The notes: generated from the sequence alone by a model not told the origin. Positions 51,261 to 63,951 are shown, counted from the whole stretch's first letter. The stretch: DNA of 63,951 bases, filler included, from Dicyema japonicum (GCA_011109175.1; 7 parts of 7 records of this genome joined end to end with filler, not necessarily neighbours in it), one strand, 5' to 3'. A program made the numbers and translations.

Positions 51261-53364
51261 TTGATTAATTTTGTTAAATCTGGAATAAAAATAATTTTTT
51301 ATTCAAAATTAACGATAAATTTTATCTGAAAAATGTGTTAGGATAACCTAAAATGACATAACAATGTTCAAACTTATACTTTAACTGCGTAAATTGAATT
51401 TGGTCGGTTTTGTTTATACAAACTAGTAAACAAAATTAATGAATTTTAAATTAAAAATCATATTTTTAATAATAATTAAACATTTTGTTGTGTAAATTTT
51501 TAATTTNNNNNNNNNNNNNNNNNNNNNNNNNNNNNNNNNNNNNNNNNNNNNNNNNNNNNNNNNNNNNNNNNNNNNNNNNNNNNNNNNNNNNNNNNNNNNN
51601 NNNNNNNNNNNNNNNNNNNNNNNNNNNNNNNNNNNNNNNNNNNNNNNNNNNNNNNNNNNNNNNNNNNNNNNNNNNNNNNNNNNNNNNNNNNNNNNNNNNN
51701 NATAATATAATTCGTCCGGCATATATTTCAGACAGCCTCCATGTCTGTTAGTTGATTGTCTCACTGTCTGTTGTTGACTAAATTATTTATAATCCACAAA
51801 ATACTTTTGAATGCTATTTGGTGTAGTGGAATTTGAATTTCTTTGATTGTTGTTGTCCTAAATTTGTTTGAAATAATTTATAAAAACAAACATTTCTATT
51901 ATTGTTTGGTTTTACTTCTTTAAGGTCTAAATATTTCAACTGTTGCACCATATCAAAATAAATTAAACGATTTTGTAAAAATGTATTAAAATGATGTTTG
52001 CCAAATAAAAAGAAAACATGAATATTAAAAATAAAAATTAATTAAGGTCAGGGACTAAATAATTTATTTTGTTAAATTTTCCTTAAAATCAAGTTTATAT
52101 TAATGAAAGTTTCATTTACTCTTGAATTTGACTGCATTACATAAGAACAAATCTGCAACTTTAGATTTTATTGAGATAAACAAGGATCATTTGAATTCTT
52201 CAATCGATCTTATATTTTTACTAAAATCTTAGCGAAGTTAATGAATATTAAAATTCTAGTTTTTTTAAATAATTGGTAAAAAGGTTACCTTCGAAAGTTA
52301 CAAAACGCAATATATTGACCACATTTGTCCAGACTAATGATGTCTTTGTAAATTAAATTTTAATAATATTTTACAATGTCTGATTTCATGCTCTAGTCTA
52401 ATTACAGTTGTAAGTTATATAGCTATGCAAAACGAGTAAAATAGTATCATATTAGACTAGCTCCAAAAAGAATTGACCTTGCTGCAAGCTTTAGAGCAAA
52501 ATCAAGACAAAATAACTAAATAATCTAAATCTAAATTATTTTTTAGATAAGATATTATTTAATTTCTAACTGCAATATTATATGAGTCTTTGATTGGTTG
52601 CTTTAAGTTCCTAACAGAAGGTTATTTAAACTATTTTTTTAATTATTTTAAAACTAAAATAAAAAATAATTTAGTAACGTTTGATTATTTCTCGAAAAAT
52701 ATTAACGAAATTAAATTTCATGAAACCGAAAAAATAAAATAGAAATTAATAACGAATGAGCCCGCCAAACATATTCCAGTTTGAGGACGCTTCAGTATAA
52801 TTTGCAGGCTTATTTATGGTCAATCGCGTCGTCGGATATAGACTAAACAATAATAGTATATAATACTAAATAGAACTGGACTCTGATCTGGCATTATTCC
52901 AACTTTGCTATAAATAATTATATATCATTAAAAATTAATTAACATTTTGATTATTGCTTGTATTCAATTCCTTATTATCCAAATATTTCAACTGTTGCAC
53001 CATTTCAAGACAAACAAACAATAAATAAGAAAAGTGTATTTTAAAATACTGTTCACCAAATAAAAAGAAAAGAAAATTACTAAAATTAAAAATAAAATTA
53101 ATAATACAAACCAAACAAAATTTTCTGTACTTCCTGATTTTATTCGTTTTTTTTTAAAGTTCCGAGTCAAAGATACTAAGCTCATGTTTATATAAATTTG
53201 TACAAAAATGATTTATATTTCGAAATTTGATAAGTCGGTAAGATCTTTAAAAATGTTTTTAAGAAAATTTGTTCGAATTAAGAATATTTTGTAATTCAGT
53301 TATTGAAAATTTAATAAATTTAAAAATTTCTTGATATCTATTTTTTAACAATTTTTCCACGACA

Positions 53365-53706
53365 GTGGGTACCCTTCAGGGAGACTCCCTTGGCTGTTTG
53401 TGATTTATTTAGAGGCGGCACTGCGCAATTTAGACGCTTTTATAACGGGCAAATCACCGAAATTGTATACGCTGACGATGTGGATTTTATATCACCTGAT
53501 ACAACAGCCTTGAGGCGGTTACTTGACGTTGCTCCAGCAGAGCTCGAGAAATGGTTCCTTACCGTGAATACAACTAAAACGAAAATCACGGAAATCGCAC
53601 GTATGAGATCAAGATTGGATGAGGAATGGAGACGTTCTAGAAAACTTGCCTCACTCCTCGGAGATAGCGAGGACATAACCCGGAGGAAAGTACTATCGAC
53701 GGCCGC
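53365..53706 (+). mobile_element. RTE-clade RT fragment
   Basis: QGDSL, YADDVDF, EEWRRSRKLASLLGD. Confidence 0.85.
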
Positions 53707-55135
53707 NNNNNNNNNNNNNNNNNNNNNNNNNNNNNNNNNNNNNNNNNNNNNNNNNNNNNNNNNNNNNNNNNNNNNNNNNNNNNNNNNNNNNNNNNNNNNN
53801 NNNNNNNNNNNNNNNNNNNNNNNNNNNNNNNNNNNNNNNNNNNNNNNNNNNNNNNNNNNNNNNNNNNNNNNNNNNNNNNNNNNNNNNNNNNNNNNNNNNN
53901 NNNNNNNNNNNNNNNNNNNNNNNNNNNNNNNNNNNNNNNNNNNNNNNNNNNNNNNNNNNNNNNNNNNNNNNNNNNNNNNNNNNNNNNNNNNNNNNNNNNN
54001 NNNNNNNNNNNNNNNNNNNNNNNNNNNNNNNNNNNNNNNNNNNNNNNNNNNNNNNNNNNNNNNNNNNNNNNNNNNNNNNNNNNNNNNNNNNNNNNNNNNN
54101 NNNNNNNNNNNNNNNNNNNNNNNNNNNNNNNNNNNNNNNNNNNNNNNNNNNNNNNNNNNNNNNNNNNNNNNNNNNNNNNNNNNNNNNNNNNNNNNNNNNN
54201 NNNNNNNNNNNNNNNNNNNNNNNNNNNNNNNNNNNNNNNNNNNNNNNNNNNNNNNNNNNNNNNNNNNNNNNNNNNNNNNNNNNNNNNNNNNNNNNNNNNN
54301 NNNNNNNNNNNNNNNNNNNNNNNNNNNNNNNNNNNNNNNNNNNNNNNNNNNNNNNNNNNNNNNNNNNNNNNNNNNNNNNNNNNNNNNNNNNNNNNNNNNN
54401 NNNNNNNNNNNNNNNNNNNNNNNNNNNNNNNNNNNNNNNNNNNNNNNNNNNNNNNNNNNNNNNNNNNNNNNNNNNNNNNNNNNNNNNNNNNNNNNNNNNN
54501 NNNNNNNNNNNNNNNTACTTTATTGAACCGAACAAGTATATTTGATTAGTGTTGAATTTATCACTTTCCGCAAACCCAATTCCCGCCTTGTTATTTGAGT
54601 TTCTTTTAAAATTATATCTGAGCTTCTATGTTCACTTTTCGAGGCCAGTTGGACATGGTGTCTGATATTAAAGCTTTTTGAGGCATTTGCTATGTGTATA
54701 GAAGGCATTATTTTCCTAGAAAGGCATTAAGGCATTATTTTCCTTCACAAATAAATTTAATTTGCTAAAAGTAGTATAAATTAAAGTTGAAATTTGCAAG
54801 TCAATAAAGAACAAATATTAGTTTTAGTACCAACCATCAATATGCAGCAATGCGAATCAACCAGACAAATTAATAATTGAGTCACCATCATCGTCCTCTT
54901 CATCCTCACTATCATCTTCATTTCCGCCTGGATATTTATAGAGCTGATTCTTGTTGTTCAATTAAGAGAATACATTTGCAATGAGGTTCATTATGGCAGT
55001 CCGTTTTTTGGTGGTAGGTCCTACAGAGCTCTGTCTTTGTTTAAAAACAGAATATAGAAATAAATTCTAAATTTATAAAATTTCTGTGAATTTGCTGCAG
55101 GAATCAAAAGAATATCTTTCTGAGTTAACCAAGTA

Positions 55136-56252
55136 CACCCCTCGACAAAAAATTTGGTTATTCAATCTTTCCTGCTTTTATTCATTTAAAAACGAATAAA
55201 TTCATAATTTAAGATTCTTTAGATCTTCTAAAATAATATTTATTTTGTATTTATAATAAAAATAGATTAAAATTTCAATATTGCAAGAAATTTAAAGCAT
55301 GTCGGCAATTAGGCTAGTGACATTAAAATTGGTTATAAAATTTAAACCGTAAAATTATGCTAGTATTTAGAGTTTGATCTTAATAAAAAAGTATTTTTAG
55401 ATATAATACTCTCGATTCGTTTCTGAAAGGGAAAATAATTGCGCCATACGACCTAAATATGTCCTATATTAAAATTTCTTAAGAAACCGGTGTTCCATAT
55501 TCAACAGTCTTAAATTTTATCAAAGAGTAAAATAAAACTAAATCATATGACCGCCAACATGGTTCTGGAAGACCATCAATTTTGAATAATGTATAAATTA
55601 ATCATTTGGTACGCACATCAGAGGAAAATTCATCTTTAACTGCTTCTGAACTTTCTAATGAAATAGAAAAGTTTTCTGATACACGTGTCTTGTCTCGAAC
55701 CACAATACGAAATTTAAATAAAAATGGAATTTTTGGAAGAATTGCAAAGAAAAAACCAATTCTAACAAAAAAAACATGGTTTCCAGATTCGAGATCGTCA
55801 AAAAATTTCTTCAAATTTCAGACCATGATTTTAGATCAATAATGTTTTCTGATGAATGTATTTTTGAATTATTACCGACCCAAATAAGAAAAATTGTGTA
55901 TAGAAAAAAATTTGAAATGAATAAATCCGAAAATATTACTCCAACTGTCAATTTTGTAAAAGGTAAATTGTGATGTAATAAAAAATTAGGGAAAGTTATG
56001 GTGTGGGGTTGTTTCTCCTATCCTAGGGTAGGCGATTTTGTATTTATAGACAAGACGCTTAATTCTGCAAAATATCAATCTATTTTGATTGATAATTTGC
56101 CACATTCTGCACAAAAAATGGGGATTGTTGACTATATTTTTCAACATGACAACGCTCCCAGCCATACATCAAAAATGATTATTCAATATTTTCGCGAAAA
56201 CATATTAAAAAATTAGAATGGCCTTCGCAATCTCCGGATTTAAATCCGATAG
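55136..56252 (+). mobile_element. Tc1 (DD34E-type) transposon, pseudogenised, 3' end in gap, transposase with 27-nt intron
   Basis: TA|CACCCCTCGAC terminus; GRPS, MFSDEC, KG|KVMVWGCF, FQHDNAPSH, WPSQSPDLNPI(E). Confidence 0.92.
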
Positions 56253-56353
56253 ANNNNNNNNNNNNNNNNNNNNNNNNNNNNNNNNNNNNNNNNNNNNTTA
56301 ATTAATTAANNNNNNNNNNNNNNNNNNNNNNNNNNNNNNNNNNNNNNNNNNNN

Positions 56354-57030
56354 CTAGTTATCAGACTACCCAGAAAGATATTGCTTTCAGCACATTCTAT
56401 TTCTTCGTTATTGACGATAACTCTCATTTTTCCAGATAGTGAAGTTGCCATTATTTTGGTTTTTTTCACATTTAGAAAAAGACCAAATGTGGCACTTTTC
56501 TTTTTTACTCTTACTACTAACTGTCTCAAGCCATCCTCTGTTTCCGAAAGCAACGTGGTGTCGTCTGCATAACGAAGATTATTTATGTTTAGGCCACCGA
56601 TTTTGATTCCGATGTTATTTTCGCAATTTAACTCCTCCATAATTTTCTCAGTGTAAATATTAAACAGAAGGGGAGATAAAATACAGCCTTGTCTAACACC
56701 CCTCCCAATACTGAAACAATCTGTGTCTCCATAAGGAGTCCGCACAAGCCCCTTTTGGTCTGTATAAAGAGATTTAATTATCCATATGAGATGACGAGGA
56801 ACTCCAAAATCTTTCAGCACAGACCATAGTTTATCGTGAAGTACGCAATCAAAAGCCTTGCGATAGTCAATGAAACACATGTAAAGACACTTCTGAGATT
56901 CCGCGATTTTTCCATAATTCATGGTCTGATCGACGAGAAGTTCATGATCTGATCCGCAATCTGCACCGGGGAAAGTCTTGATAGCAGTTAATGAACTCTT
57001 CCATCGATTACTACATAAAATATAGTCAAG
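56354..57030 (-). mobile_element. RTE (BovB-like) LINE fragment, endonuclease end fused to RT core
   Basis: DYILCSNRWKSS...FPGADCGSDHELL, then YMCFIDYRKAFDCV, GVRQGCILSPLLFN, INNLRYADD. Confidence 0.88.
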
Positions 57031-57099
57031 AAAAGCGTGCTGTTAATTAAATTCGAAAAAATTAATTAACAAAATTATTTTTTTACTAATAATAAACAA

Positions 57100-57265
57100 A
57101 ATTAATCCGAAATTATATTAATCCTAGCGTTCGGATTGCGGATTATTGAATTTTCGGAGCATTGAATCAAATTTGGCCGGAAAAAGTTAGGAAACAGTTA
57201 GACCATTTATAATTTCAATTAAAAAAATTCGGATTATTGAAGTTCGGATTAACGAGGGTTGACTG
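57100..57265. mobile_element. pogo/Tigger-type terminus
   Basis: CGGATT repeats ending GAGGGTTGACTG|TA. Confidence 0.5.
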
Positions 57266-58149
57266 TATACGTTTTTAATGTGTTTAGCGTCGCATAGTAT
57301 ATAAGGCACCGTGCTTTTCCCTTACATTCAACTACAAAAAATTTTTCTTCCCAGTCTTTTTGAAATACACGATTTTCTTGAGTGCTTAATACAACCAGAC
57401 ATAGAGATAAAAAATGTCACGCTAAAATAATTTATTTTTAACTTAAAGTTTGATATAAGAGTAAATAATTAAATTTTAACATTATATAAAATTAACAAAA
57501 AAAGTTCGTTGCTCTCCAGGGGCCGCAAAAAACATCCTGCGGGCCGCATTTGAAAACCGCTGGCCTAAAATTACCATGCACCCTCTATTATTCCATAATT
57601 CGAGGAAATGGACATTGCTAACGCATTAAAACAAACAACAAACTATATAATGGGCCCCCCGTATTGATGTCATAACTTTTTGCGAATTCAATAGCGGAAC
57701 ACGCTAAATTTATGGCCTCGACCTTTGATGCGATAGCTTTCGGGAGACTATAAGTCTTTGTAAAATAAAAACTTTCTGACTGCATAAGAATATGCATAGA
57801 CTGCTCCGGAACCTAATGAACTTAATAATCCCTACAATGCAATGCCGTTACGATCGATTGCTACAATGCAATGCCGTTACGATCGATTCTTTCAACAGAT
57901 AATGTGGTTCCAGGACATTTCCATAAATATGCAAATAATTCAGGAGGAAAATCTCCCAAATTGGCTTCTTGAATGCTATTCCATGGCATTGAATTTGTTC
58001 TTTTTTTTAAATATTGTGCAATCTCACATGGATCTTCCCCAAAGTCAATCGAATTTTATTTGATTTTTTAGGTTTGACCATCACAACAAATATTTATTAT
58101 TTTTTTGACAAATTAAGAAAATTTATTTAAGATAAAGACAGAATTAAAT

Positions 58150-58333
58150 GGAACAAAAGACTTTATGAAAAAAATGACCTTAATTAAAAAAATATGACTT
58201 TATGAAAAAAATATGACCTTATACAAAAATATGACTTATATGACCTAAAAAACTACATCGAAAGTTAATAAAAAGGAAATAATAAATTAACAATTCTTTT
58301 TTGATATGACTTTAATGACTTTTGGTTGCCCTA
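58150..58333. mobile_element. hAT-like terminus with subterminal ATGAC(T/C)T repeats
   Basis: Multiple ATGACTT/ATGACCT units ending in GGTTGCCCTA. Confidence 0.4.
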
Positions 58334-58339
58334 GTTATC

Positions 58340-59248
58340 ACGCTTGATTTTGAAGGCGGAGTAGGCAAGATATCCGATGCATCAAGTGGAGATGAAAGCG
58401 TCATATTGCCTTCTGCCTCGGATTCTTCGTTTTCGGTGCGAGGCACTCACTCGGAGTCGACTCCGTCTGGGTTCCTCTGGAAGTTACTGTGACTTCTGGT
58501 ATTAGGTTTCCTATATCCGTTTGCACACTCACATCCACAGTTTGTTTTACAGAGATCTTAGTGCAGATCTGGACTTCCTTCTCCGTAGCCAGCATTCTCT
58601 GGTCGACCATCGTTTTTCCAGATTTTTAGGATTGGCAATCGGTTCAGACGCCTGCCTGATCGGAGAGTCAATTTTTTCTTGAACGACGATTTGTCCCTTC
58701 CGGGTGGTGTCCCATCCTGCTCCGGCTTGGGTTTCCCCCACACTGACTTTCGAGAACTTATTTCTTTGGAAGCCTTTTGCAATAGGGCAACCTCCGTAGT
58801 TCGCTCAGTGATCCGATGAGCCGCAGTTAACACACGTTCTGGTCCTGTCAGGCGCGAAGTTGCACTGGTCCCGTCCGTGCGGGCTTCCATACCGTAGGCA
58901 GCGCTCCTGCTCTCTGCAGAATCGCGAAATATGCCCAAATTTCTGGCATCTGAAGCATTAAGTTTCTGGTTTTTTTAAACCATCCGAATGAAATCTCCTT
59001 GAAACCGAGCTTCATTCTTAGTCTGACAAGAGATTAAACTTCGATCTTGTTCTGCATCGTGAGTTTTGCCACCGGAAGAGGCACCTCTTTACGGAGGAAC
59101 CTCTTCACTTTGAAACCCGGAGAGATTGAACGGGATAGCAGGTTGGCCAAAGCATTGTCTGTTACCCAATAAGGCAGGTTTCGTATAATTAGTTCTAAAT
59201 TCCGAGGTGTCAAGTTTCCTTGGGCCTTCCATACCTCTCCTTTGGCAT
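58340..59248 (-). mobile_element. Gag-like ORF1 of a Jockey/I-type non-LTR element, decayed
   Basis: A frame not listed in the ORF track reads CFRCQKFGHISRFC...CLRYGSPH...C...CVNCGSSDH*ANYGGC (three zinc knuckles), preceded by LIIRNLP. Confidence 0.8.
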
Positions 59249-59715
59249 ATTTTATCTATTAAATTAAAAACCTTGATTTACCTAGACTCAATTATTTGAT
59301 CAAATGTTAATTATTGCAGCAGCCGGATAGAATGGAGACTCGAATTTATCCAGCTGCAACGAAGGGTTCGTTCCATAATCTTTTTTAACTCGGATTTATC
59401 TATAACTTTATTATCCAAACTTTATCTCCGACACCAAATTCGTATTTACTATGTGGACATTCATTTTCCTATACATTGCCCAATTAAGTAAAATGTACTT
59501 AACCTTGTGATTCATGTCATTAGAGATTAATTAAATACGAATTAGCTTAAAAAATATAATATTTTTTTCCGATAAAATATCTTAATTTAAAAATCAAATT
59601 ATTTAATATGATAATCGTTTAAATAGATCTGTTAAACGTAAAAATATGATTAATATTTAGCTTATGAATTTAATTATTCCTTTCTAAATTTTTTCTAATC
59701 GGAAGAAGATAGTCA

Positions 59716-60682
59716 ATGAGAACCATTTTATTGCTTTTTTTCATTGGTGCGCATTCAAACTTGTAGGCTATTCCCCCGGAGTAGACAATTCTGTGTCATT
59801 TTCGACAAACAAAATAACTGCAGTGAGTCTGACTAATTCCACATTACGAGCCATTGGGAACAACCTTCATTCCCTGGCCTATACTCAATCGTCCTTCAAC
59901 TGTATGAACAATTCTTTAATATTCCCTAATTCCCTCGTCCCACTGGGCGACTATGCTGACATTGCGATGATCTTCCCTCATTCCGGGACATTTTTCTCGT
60001 GTTTGTGCACAAAAAAGTCATGTGACCACCAGGGAAACTGGACTGCCATTACCGTGATTAAAAAACCGCAGACCAAAATTCCTTTATGGATTTCCATTCT
60101 TTTGATGATAATTTGTGTAATGCTGTCTGCACTCTTCAGTGGATTAAACTTGGGACTTATGTCTCTCAACTTGACAGAATTGGAGATTTTTGAACAGTGT
60201 GGGTCGGAATTGGAGAAATCCTACGCACGGATAATCCGGCCAGTGAGAAAACACGGAAACTATCTTTTGTGCACAATCCTCTTTGGAAATGTGCTGGTGA
60301 TGACTTCACTCACAATTCTCCTGACTGGGTTGGTGGGGCCTGGCCTTCTCGCAGGGATTTACTCCTCCTTCTCCATAGTCATCATCGGGGAAATTGTTCC
60401 TCAGGCAATCTGTTCGAGACACGGGCTTATGATTGGCGCCAAAACTATTTGGTTGACCAAATTATTTCTGGTGGTGACATTCCCGTTGTCATTTCCGGTC
60501 TCATTCGTGCTGACCAAGCTGATTGGAGAAAACATTGACCGTGGATACAGCAATGAGCAACTAATGGCTCTCATATCTATCGAAACCCAACGTGATGAGG
60601 AGTACAGACATAATGAGATGGATATAATCAACGGGGCCCTTCAAATAAGCAAAAAAATGGTGGGGGAGGTCATGACGTACAT
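59716..60682 (+). CDS. CNNM: CNNM/ACDP metal transporter (DUF21 domain, start of CBS pair), 3'-truncated by gap
   Basis: LSALFSGLNLGLMSL, GNYLLCTILFGNV, GEIVPQAICSRHGL, IINGALQ, VGEVMT; ATG 59716 joins in frame through a 20-nt intron 59747-59766. Confidence 0.92.
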
Positions 60683-63149
60683 NNNNNNNNNNNNNNNNNN
60701 NNNNNNNNNNNNNNNNNNNNNNNNNNTTAATTAATTAANNNNNNNNNNNNNNNNNNNNNNNNNNNNNNNNNNNNNNNNNNNNCTTAAGGGTGATCTCCAC
60801 ATTGTAGGCAAAAGATGAAAACTGTGTAACATTTTGTTATAAGTGTGGCAGAGTCGTCAACCAGACTATATTTGGATGCTTAATGAGGCTGTGAGATCTA
60901 TCCAAAGTACCCTGGAAAGCGCGTTCTTTGGCGCAGGTCGGATGAATTCTTTTATAGCACCTACAGAGCAAGAAAATAATAGTAAATAGTTGGAAAAAAT
61001 TTTTTCAGGGGTAGAAATGTAGACACGTGAAAAAATATAGTTAGTATTTGTTTTTTTATAATAAAATTTTTCTAATGTAATAAATTAATCCAACTCGAAT
61101 AAACTAAGGATCGAAAATCCATCTAAGATTAATGTTATCATAAATACACGATTTTACACATTTTAAAATAAATTAAAAAATAAATCGCGACACGACTCAG
61201 GGACCTCTTCGCGAACGGGAATGGTTTTCACATCGCTTTGGGATTAGCAATATACCTCGTCTCTTGAGAGTTGGAGTCTGATTTGTTGATTATGCTTTTG
61301 TTTGAATAAATTTGTTGTTAAAAATGAACATAATAATTTTTATCATGAATTGATGACAACATTAAAAAGTTGATCAACTGATTTGTTGATTATGCTTTTG
61401 TTTGAATAATTTTTTTATTAAAAATGAACATAATAATTTTTATCATGAATTGATGACAACATTAAAAAGTTGATCAATTTATGAAAAAATGTTAATTTAA
61501 AATTATTTCATCATATTCAAACATAAAAATCGATTTAGCGATAAAATTATCATTGAGGTTATTAGATCCATTATTAACACATTCCCCAATTAAAGTACAT
61601 GTTTTTGCTATAATTGACATTTATTCCGCTCGAGTACTTCCAAACTATTTTTATAAATTTTATTATATATTTTCACTCAATTAGCCACTACTACTATTAA
61701 AATGTAAATTAATTTTATTTCTTTAAAAGGGATATTCTTATCTTTGACAATTGCTGACGTGCCTAGTTTCTTGTTTGGCTAGCAAACAAAAAAAATGTTT
61801 AAAAAGCAGAAGATATAATAGGATGTTTACGTCTTAAACTACTTACATATAATACCAAAGTTACATCAGATGTCTGGGCAAGTAGGATACGCAGCGATGG
61901 CTTGAATGTATGATGTTTTCGCACACATGTGAAACATGTGAAGGGTGGGAAAATATCTAAACGACTTTTATTGGAAGCATCGAAAACGTACAATGAATAC
62001 GATTTTCCAAACTGATATTTATTTCTGAACTTAAATTCGTTGAAATCAGCAGACAACCTGGATTTATTGAAATCACTAGCTAACAATTGGGAGTAGTAAA
62101 AGATATTGACATCTAAAATTATGTCTGTTGCCTCACACTCGGAGCTATAAGTAATATGGCTCTGATGAAAGTACTCATAATGCTTATCTTGCGGTAAATA
62201 TCAAAAATATTCAATATTCAATTAGCGGTTAAGCAAATGTACATTTTTTGACTTAATAAATTTAAAATTTTGACCATTTTTTGTCATTATGTCAAATTTA
62301 TTTAACTACAAAAGAAGCAACACTTTGACGAGAGCCATAATACTTATACTTTCGCATGTGCAAAACACACATTTTATTATTATAATGAAAACAGTTATTA
62401 TAACTTAGTTTTCTCAACGAGTGGCGATTCGTCCCCCAGGGGAGATTTTTATTGGTAAGGGAAGCGANNNNNNNNNNNNNNNNNNNNNNNNNNNNNNNNN
62501 NNNNNNNNNNNTTAATTAATTAANNNNNNNNNNNNNNNNNNNNNNNNNNNNNNNNNNNNNNNNNNNNGGTGCCACGTGACTACTTGATTAAAGATCTTTG
62601 TTTGTTTCTGTTGTTCCTTTTTTTCCCCTTTCTGATAGAGTGGTTTCATGTTATTATCTGTCTCAGGTGGTGCCCAGTGCCATTTCTTGCATTGTTACTA
62701 CGATAAATAAAATCTTTATCAAATTTCAACTATTCATCCAAATAAATTGAAATGATCCTTTTCTTAGAGGAATTAACTGCCAACTCATCTTAGTTTTTCA
62801 CAACCGATTCAATCGTCTACCTTCCAATTAGATATCTCCAAAAATACCACATGCAATTTCTCTTGTCGGTTGAAATAAAGATAAACTCTTTATCAGACAC
62901 CTTTATTCAATGATTGTGTTCAATTTTTATACCCTCCAAAGTTTTCTTATTGCTTCTATATAACATATCCATATAATTTTTGAAACACTTAGAGCTCCAC
63001 ATTTGTGAGTCGAACTTTTCTTAAGTGAATGACCAAATGAACGACAGCCATTTACTAGAAGTTTCGACATGGAAGTTCAGTTTTTCAATATACATAGTGA
63101 TGCAATGTGTAATGATTTGCACATGTCAATTCCACCCAACGGACAGTTA

Positions 63150-63600
63150 TTTTAAAATCATCCACAAAAAAAGCAAATTATTAATGGAATAAACAATATT
63201 AGGGTTTTTTTTCAAAATCAAAGAAATAAGGATTCTTTTAGTGGGTTTATTGCCAATACAAATAGTTGTGGATTGACGAATGACTTCAGTGTTCAAAGCG
63301 GAATCAGATTGTCTTCCACACACAAGCAAAAAGAAAAGAACGAGAAGTCAGGATCATTTTCAATGTCTTAGATATTCCTTGGATTAATTAGCATGGCTGT
63401 TCTTATTTTTTAAATAAATTATGATTTCTCCTAAGGTGATGTTTAATAATGGATACATTACTCCTTGCTAGTGGTGATAATGAATTATCCTGCAAGATAC
63501 AACAATCCAACTGAGCAGAACCAGTATTTCTTTGGTAAGTATGGAGATATAGTATCAACATGTTTACTATGCTTTTGACAAAGTTAACTATCCTCATGTG
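63150..63600 (-). mobile_element. Degraded non-LTR RT fragment
   Basis: ILQDNSLSPL (degenerate QGDSLSPL). Confidence 0.4.
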
Positions 63601-63951
63601 AAATTCCGAATCAACAAAAAACAGAATAAAAAATCGTTTTTCACACGAGAGAAAAAATACAGATATACAGCTTTAAGAAATCAATGTATTGTAAATGATT
63701 TTATCAATTTTGAAATTCTTGACTATTTAAGAAGGATTACCCATAATTCATTTTAACACAATGGTGAATCATAGCTTTATGTTGGAATGAATATCTGTGT
63801 CGTTATTTTTATAAGTATTTTCTGGGGAACTAAATCGAATGCCTTTTTGATTTCCATAGACACGAGGACAATTTTAGGTCAGGTTTTGGTGCATAAAACT
63901 CTTTAGCAATAAATTACGTAAGGATAGCTAGGTATTTTGATGTAGAATGAG

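Noticed and set aside
19141-54535. Long ORFs of 200-390 aa spanning X runs
   Set aside because: Artefacts of translating N gaps.
55372-55399. Second Tc1 intron just after the putative start codon
   Set aside because: GT...AG of suitable size, but the phase does not restore the frame in either copy.
26002-62523. Six copies of palindromic TTAATTAATTAA
   Set aside because: Each is centred in a 100-bp N block; it is a synthetic six-frame-stop spacer. Adjacency across them is not biological evidence.

Overview
AT-rich eukaryotic, most likely animal, scaffold sequence. It is gapped and stitched with six artificial N44-TTAATTAATTAA-N44 spacers. Much of it is decayed, nested transposons: Tc1, pogo/Tigger, two hAT lineages, Ginger-type integrase elements, and RTE, Jockey/I-like, CRE-like and R4-like non-LTR elements. 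There are also direct and inverted duplications. The host genes look shattered in the ORF track because they are split by extremely small (20-30 nt) spliceosomal introns. Splicing by hand recovers an S28 prolylcarboxypeptidase homologue whose catalytic Ser is replaced by Gly, a lethal giant larvae (Lgl) gene, a cyclin Y, a CNNM metal transporter and a coiled-coil protein. The standout signal is that three unrelated DNA-transposon superfamilies carry the same host-type 22-29 nt micro-introns in their transposase or integrase genes. One Ginger-type element can be rebuilt with at least 6 micro-introns after removing a hAT insertion (perfect 8-bp TSD) and a Tc1 derivative that landed inside a 26-nt intron. 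Introns this short in an animal would fit a reduced parasite such as a dicyemid or myxozoan, but the taxon cannot be fixed from sequence alone. All family calls come from motif recognition by eye; no searches were run.
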